Source: Bacteroidales bacterium (lineage in GTDB: Bacteria > Bacteroidota > Bacteroidia > Bacteroidales > WCHB1-69). Taken from it: a stretch of 64,000 bases of DNA. The position numbers and the translations under genes are program-made. The stretch covers positions 120,305 through 184,304 of the forward strand of contig JAKSMI010000002.1 of assembly GCA_024400635.1 (NCBI GenBank). Direction: 5' to 3'. The stretch's first letter is position 1; each line of letters begins with the position of its first letter. The notes beneath the pieces were generated by a model that saw only the letters and a program-made list of their open reading frames with translations, searched no databases and was not told where the DNA came from. This document shows positions 62,001-64,000 of the stretch, in pieces.

Positions 62001-62131
62001 CGGGTACGGCATTCGCAGGCATTCTGCCACCAGTTTCACGTTTCTCACCTACGCAGGAGCGCACCCAAAAGCGTGAACGCATATTGGAACGAATCAAGGC
62101 ATTTTTTGAGCGGTTCAGAGATTTGGTGTAG
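59090..62131 (+). CDS. hsdR: Type I restriction endonuclease subunit R
   Basis: N-terminal PD-(D/E)xK nuclease (VNGLPLVHIELKRRG), helicase motif I TTGSGKTLT, and motif II FDECHRSQ. I start at the ATG at 59090. Confidence 0.92.
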   Translation: MTQYNIIAETPECTVVSDYQAPYNSRSTAYQSEAALEMAFIEELQKQAYDYLPIKSEQELIFNLRNQLEILNDYLFTPTEWERFYTTIIAKADSGIVEKTTLIQEDCVQVLKRDDGSFKNIKLIDKDHIHNNRLQVINQYVPQGGKAENRYDVSVLVNGLPLVHIELKRRGVDIKEAFNQINRYQRESFWSGCGLFEFVQIFVISNGTYTKYYSNTTRFAHIKEQAGKPNHKGKRTSNSFEFTSWWADANNTPITDLMDFARTFFAKHTILNILTKYCVFTEERLLLAMRPYQIVATERIISKINIATQYKKFAPAESGGYIWHTTGSGKTLTSFKTAQIASKLPYIDKVLFVVDRKDLDYQTMKEYDRFEKGAANGNTSTAILKKQLENAECKIIITTIQKLSIFTKKNTGHEVFKKHLVLIFDECHRSQFGDMHRLITKHFKQCHLFGFTGTPIFAVNSSSNAAADLKTTAQAFGEKLHTYTIVDAINDKNVLPFRVDYIKTIKEEEHIIDKKVSDIDREKALLSKERISNVVSYILEHFNQKTKRNEYYQLKERRLRGFNSIFCVQSIEAAKLYYTEFKKQMALLPPDQQLKVATIYSYAANEADDENGFMGDENNEDTESLDMVSKDFLQQAVYDYNKMFSTNFDISADKFQNYYKNLSQRVKNREVDLLIVVNMFLTGFDATTLNTLWVDKNLRLHGLLQAYSRTNRILNSVKTFGNIVCFRNLEDATNESIGLFGDKDAGGIVLLKTYEDYYEGYTDKKDKEHKGYKVLIEELQERFPVGKLIVSEQNQKDFVRLYNAILKLKNILTAFDKFAGNEILSDRDFQDYHSTYIDIYNAIRPQVGQKENINDDLVFEMELIKQVEINIDYILMLIKKYHESHLQDKEIVVNISKAISSSMELRYKKQLIEQFIDSLTPASDVDSDWRAYVQRQKEDELNAIIADEKLKEEETKAFMENAFKDGELQTTGTAFAGILPPVSRFSPTQERTQKRERILERIKAFFERFRDLV

Positions 62132-62164
62132 AGGAAAGGATGCGGATTAAAAACGATCTCAATT

Positions 62165-63007
62165 TTATCGTTCCCACAAAGCTAACAATTTATATACCAG
62201 CACTGCGGCCAGCACGTCTGACGATTTATCGTAGGCTTGCGGACAAAGTTCCACTATGTCGAAGGCAACGATTTTACGCGAAGCGAACAATTTTTCGAGA
62301 AACGTCAGTAGCGTGTACCAAGACAAACCTCCAGGCAATGGTGTTCCCGTCGAAGGCAAAACTGAAGGATCTAATCCATCAAGGTCGATGGTGAGGTAAA
62401 CGTGGTTGGTAAGCCGAGCAATGGCGGCATCCATCCAATCGGTGTTGTTATGCATCTCATGAGCATAGAAAATGTTTTCTTCCACGATGTTGTGCATTTC
62501 TTCGGTGCAAACGTTGCGAATGCCAACCTGTACCACGCGGGCATAATCCTGTGCCCTACGCATGACGCAGGCATGATTGTAAATGGAATTGTGGTAGTCG
62601 TCGCGCAAGTCGGCATGGGCATCTACCTGCAATACCGACAAGTCGGGATATTTTTCACTGAAAGCTTTGATGGAACCTACGGAAACCGAATGCTCTCCAC
62701 CTAATAAGCCGATGCGTTTTTGTGCTTTAATAAAATGTTTAACACGTTGATATACAGAAGCAACCATTGCATCCGGTGTGCTGAAATCATAGTCAAAATG
62801 ATCCGTATGAATGCCGGCCAGATAAGGTTCTGCCTTGTATTGCACATCGTAAAGTTCAATGCTGTCGGAGGCGTCAATGATAGCTTGCGGGCCTTTGTCG
62901 GCTCCCTTTACAAAAGTGCTGGTGCCATCGTAACCGACGGGAAGAAGCACGTATTTTGCATTTTCCAAGCGAGCATATTGCTCATCCATATCCAAATAGT
63001 ACTCCAT
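62165..63007 (-). CDS. speB: Agmatinase (arginase/ureohydrolase family)
   Basis: Mn-binding motifs GGEHSVS, DAHADLRD and TIDLDGLDPS. Confidence 0.85.
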   Translation of the reverse strand: MEYYLDMDEQYARLENAKYVLLPVGYDGTSTFVKGADKGPQAIIDASDSIELYDVQYKAEPYLAGIHTDHFDYDFSTPDAMVASVYQRVKHFIKAQKRIGLLGGEHSVSVGSIKAFSEKYPDLSVLQVDAHADLRDDYHNSIYNHACVMRRAQDYARVVQVGIRNVCTEEMHNIVEENIFYAHEMHNNTDWMDAAIARLTNHVYLTIDLDGLDPSVLPSTGTPLPGGLSWYTLLTFLEKLFASRKIVAFDIVELCPQAYDKSSDVLAAVLVYKLLALWER

Positions 63008-63030
63008 ATCTTGTTGTTTTCGTTCAAAAA

Positions 63031-63636
63031 TTATTCGTTTTTAGAGTTTTCGCGTTGTTTTATCATCTCATTGTAGCAATGGCGGCAAAGCGGTTCGTAA
63101 CTGTCTTTTTCACCCAACAAAACTTGGCGGTCGTTGGAAACGAGACGGTGCGAATATTGGGCGAGGTCACCGCAGTGCGTGCAAATGGCATGTACTTTCG
63201 ACACGTATTCCGCCGAAGCTAACAAACCTGGCATTGGCCCGAACGGATTACGCAGAAAATCCATATCCAATCCAGCTACGATGACGCGTATTCCACTGTC
63301 AGCAAGTTTGTTACAAACATCAACAATGCCTTCATCAAAAAATTGAACCTCATCAATGCCTACCACTTCAACACTTTCCATATTCACATAAAGCAGAATT
63401 TCAGATGAATTTTGAACGGGCGTCGATACCATCGATGTCGAATCGTGCGAAACCACATCGTTTTCATCGTAGCGTACGTCCACCGCCGGCTTGAACAATT
63501 CCACCTTCTGGTTGGCAAAAGTGGCCCGCCGAATGCGTCGCAGCAATTCTTCCGTTTTACCCGAAAACATCGACCCGCATATAACCTCGATCCATCCCCG
63601 ACTTTTACTCCTGCTTGCTTTACTTTCTAAAAACAT
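63031..63636 (-). CDS. tdk: Thymidine kinase
   Basis: P-loop [14 protein letters not shown] and C-terminal zinc-ribbon cysteines (CTHCG...CRHCY). Confidence 0.92.
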   Translation of the reverse strand: MFLESKASRSKSRGWIEVICGSMFSGKTEELLRRIRRATFANQKVELFKPAVDVRYDENDVVSHDSTSMVSTPVQNSSEILLYVNMESVEVVGIDEVQFFDEGIVDVCNKLADSGIRVIVAGLDMDFLRNPFGPMPGLLASAEYVSKVHAICTHCGDLAQYSHRLVSNDRQVLLGEKDSYEPLCRHCYNEMIKQRENSKNE

Positions 63637-63740
63637 TTTTTTTACTCAATTGATTGATAATTTTTGTATTTTTGAACGCTTTTTTAATGTGGCAAAATTA
63701 AGAAAATATCGTCATCATTTTTGAAATTTCTATTCAAATT

Positions 63741-64000
63741 ATGGAAAATAAAAAAGAATTATTAAGTCAAATTATTGATAATCTTACAATTATTAAAAAC
63801 AGTAAAACTGAATTTTCTCCAATCGAAAAAGATATCGTTTTGCAGAATCTTCGTGATGCTTACCTTTTGATTCTTAATGATTTTTCACAGGATTTAGAAC
63901 CTCAAGAAAATGTTAGTGAAGAGGACGGTGATGTAGAAACAATTGATAATCAAGAAAATATCCTACAGGAAGAAACTACAGCCCAGTTCCAAAATGAAGC
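63741..64000 (+). CDS. Hypothetical protein, N-terminal fragment (runs off the right edge)
   Basis: The frame is open from the ATG at 63741 to the window end (MENKKELLSQIIDNLTIIKNSK...). It is not in the ORF track because it is open-ended. Confidence 0.35.
   Translation, partial: MENKKELLSQIIDNLTIIKNSKTEFSPIEKDIVLQNLRDAYLLILNDFSQDLEPQENVSEEDGDVETIDNQENILQEETTAQFQNE

Larger units (their letters stand above)
47956..62131 (+). other. Type I restriction-modification locus expanded by guest genes (defence island)
   Basis: hsdM, hsdS and hsdR lie on the same strand. They are separated by eight unrelated ORFs or pseudogenes and by repeated junction sequences. Confidence 0.8.

Overview
This 64-kb window appears to come from a Bacteroidota chromosome, probably Bacteroidales or Prevotella-like. 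That placement is an inference from the many TAnnTTTG -7 promoter boxes, the weak Shine-Dalgarno usage and the gene families present. The window has three parts.

(1) 1-31.7 kb is mostly core genes: PNP fragment, HAD hydrolase, rmlC, ABC exporter, TM1266-like regulator plus hydG, blc, an outer-membrane barrel, an AddB-like nuclease, a ComEA-like protein, pepC, uppS, ileS, miaB and a YitT-like protein. A six-gene glycan or aminosugar cluster sits at 5.6-13.1 kb: acyltransferase, Ntn hydrolase, glycosyltransferase, ArnB-like aminotransferase, ArnA-C-like dehydrogenase, and a MOP/MATE flippase with an extra C-terminal domain.

(2) 31.7-47.96 kb is a ~16-kb genomic island inserted into tRNA-Asn(GTT). 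It is bounded by ~95-nt direct repeats (the tRNA 3' half plus its terminator) and has a tyrosine integrase at each end. It carries:
- a WYL regulator and a PLD nuclease;
- a minus-strand operon with a PUA/EVE-like-Mrr nuclease, very acidic small proteins and a DEDDh exonuclease;
- a plus-strand operon with a long AAA+ ATPase, small proteins and a 6-TM voltage-gated-type cation channel with a Cav-like TGEDW filter;
- an AlbA_2/Schlafen-like protein;
- an 11-bp iteron-like array.

(3) 47.96-62.13 kb is a type I R-M operon (hsdM, hsdS, hsdR) split apart by guest genes: a Bro-N-Fic protein, two YhcG/DUF1016 nucleases, a dinD pseudogene, two near-identical four-helix-bundle (23S IVS/Avd-like) genes, a second AlbA_2-like gene and a DUF4143-type ATPase. 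Gene junctions there are marked by arrays of a heptamer (G/T)(T/C)AGAAT and by duplicated copies of the hsdS 3' conserved region. Core genes speB and tdk follow.

I found no rRNA genes and no CRISPR array. The most promising candidates for something undescribed are the island-borne AAA+/ion-channel operon with its duplicated ~70-nt leader, and the heptamer-bounded cassette architecture of the R-M locus. All functional calls come from motif recognition by eye; no database search was possible.
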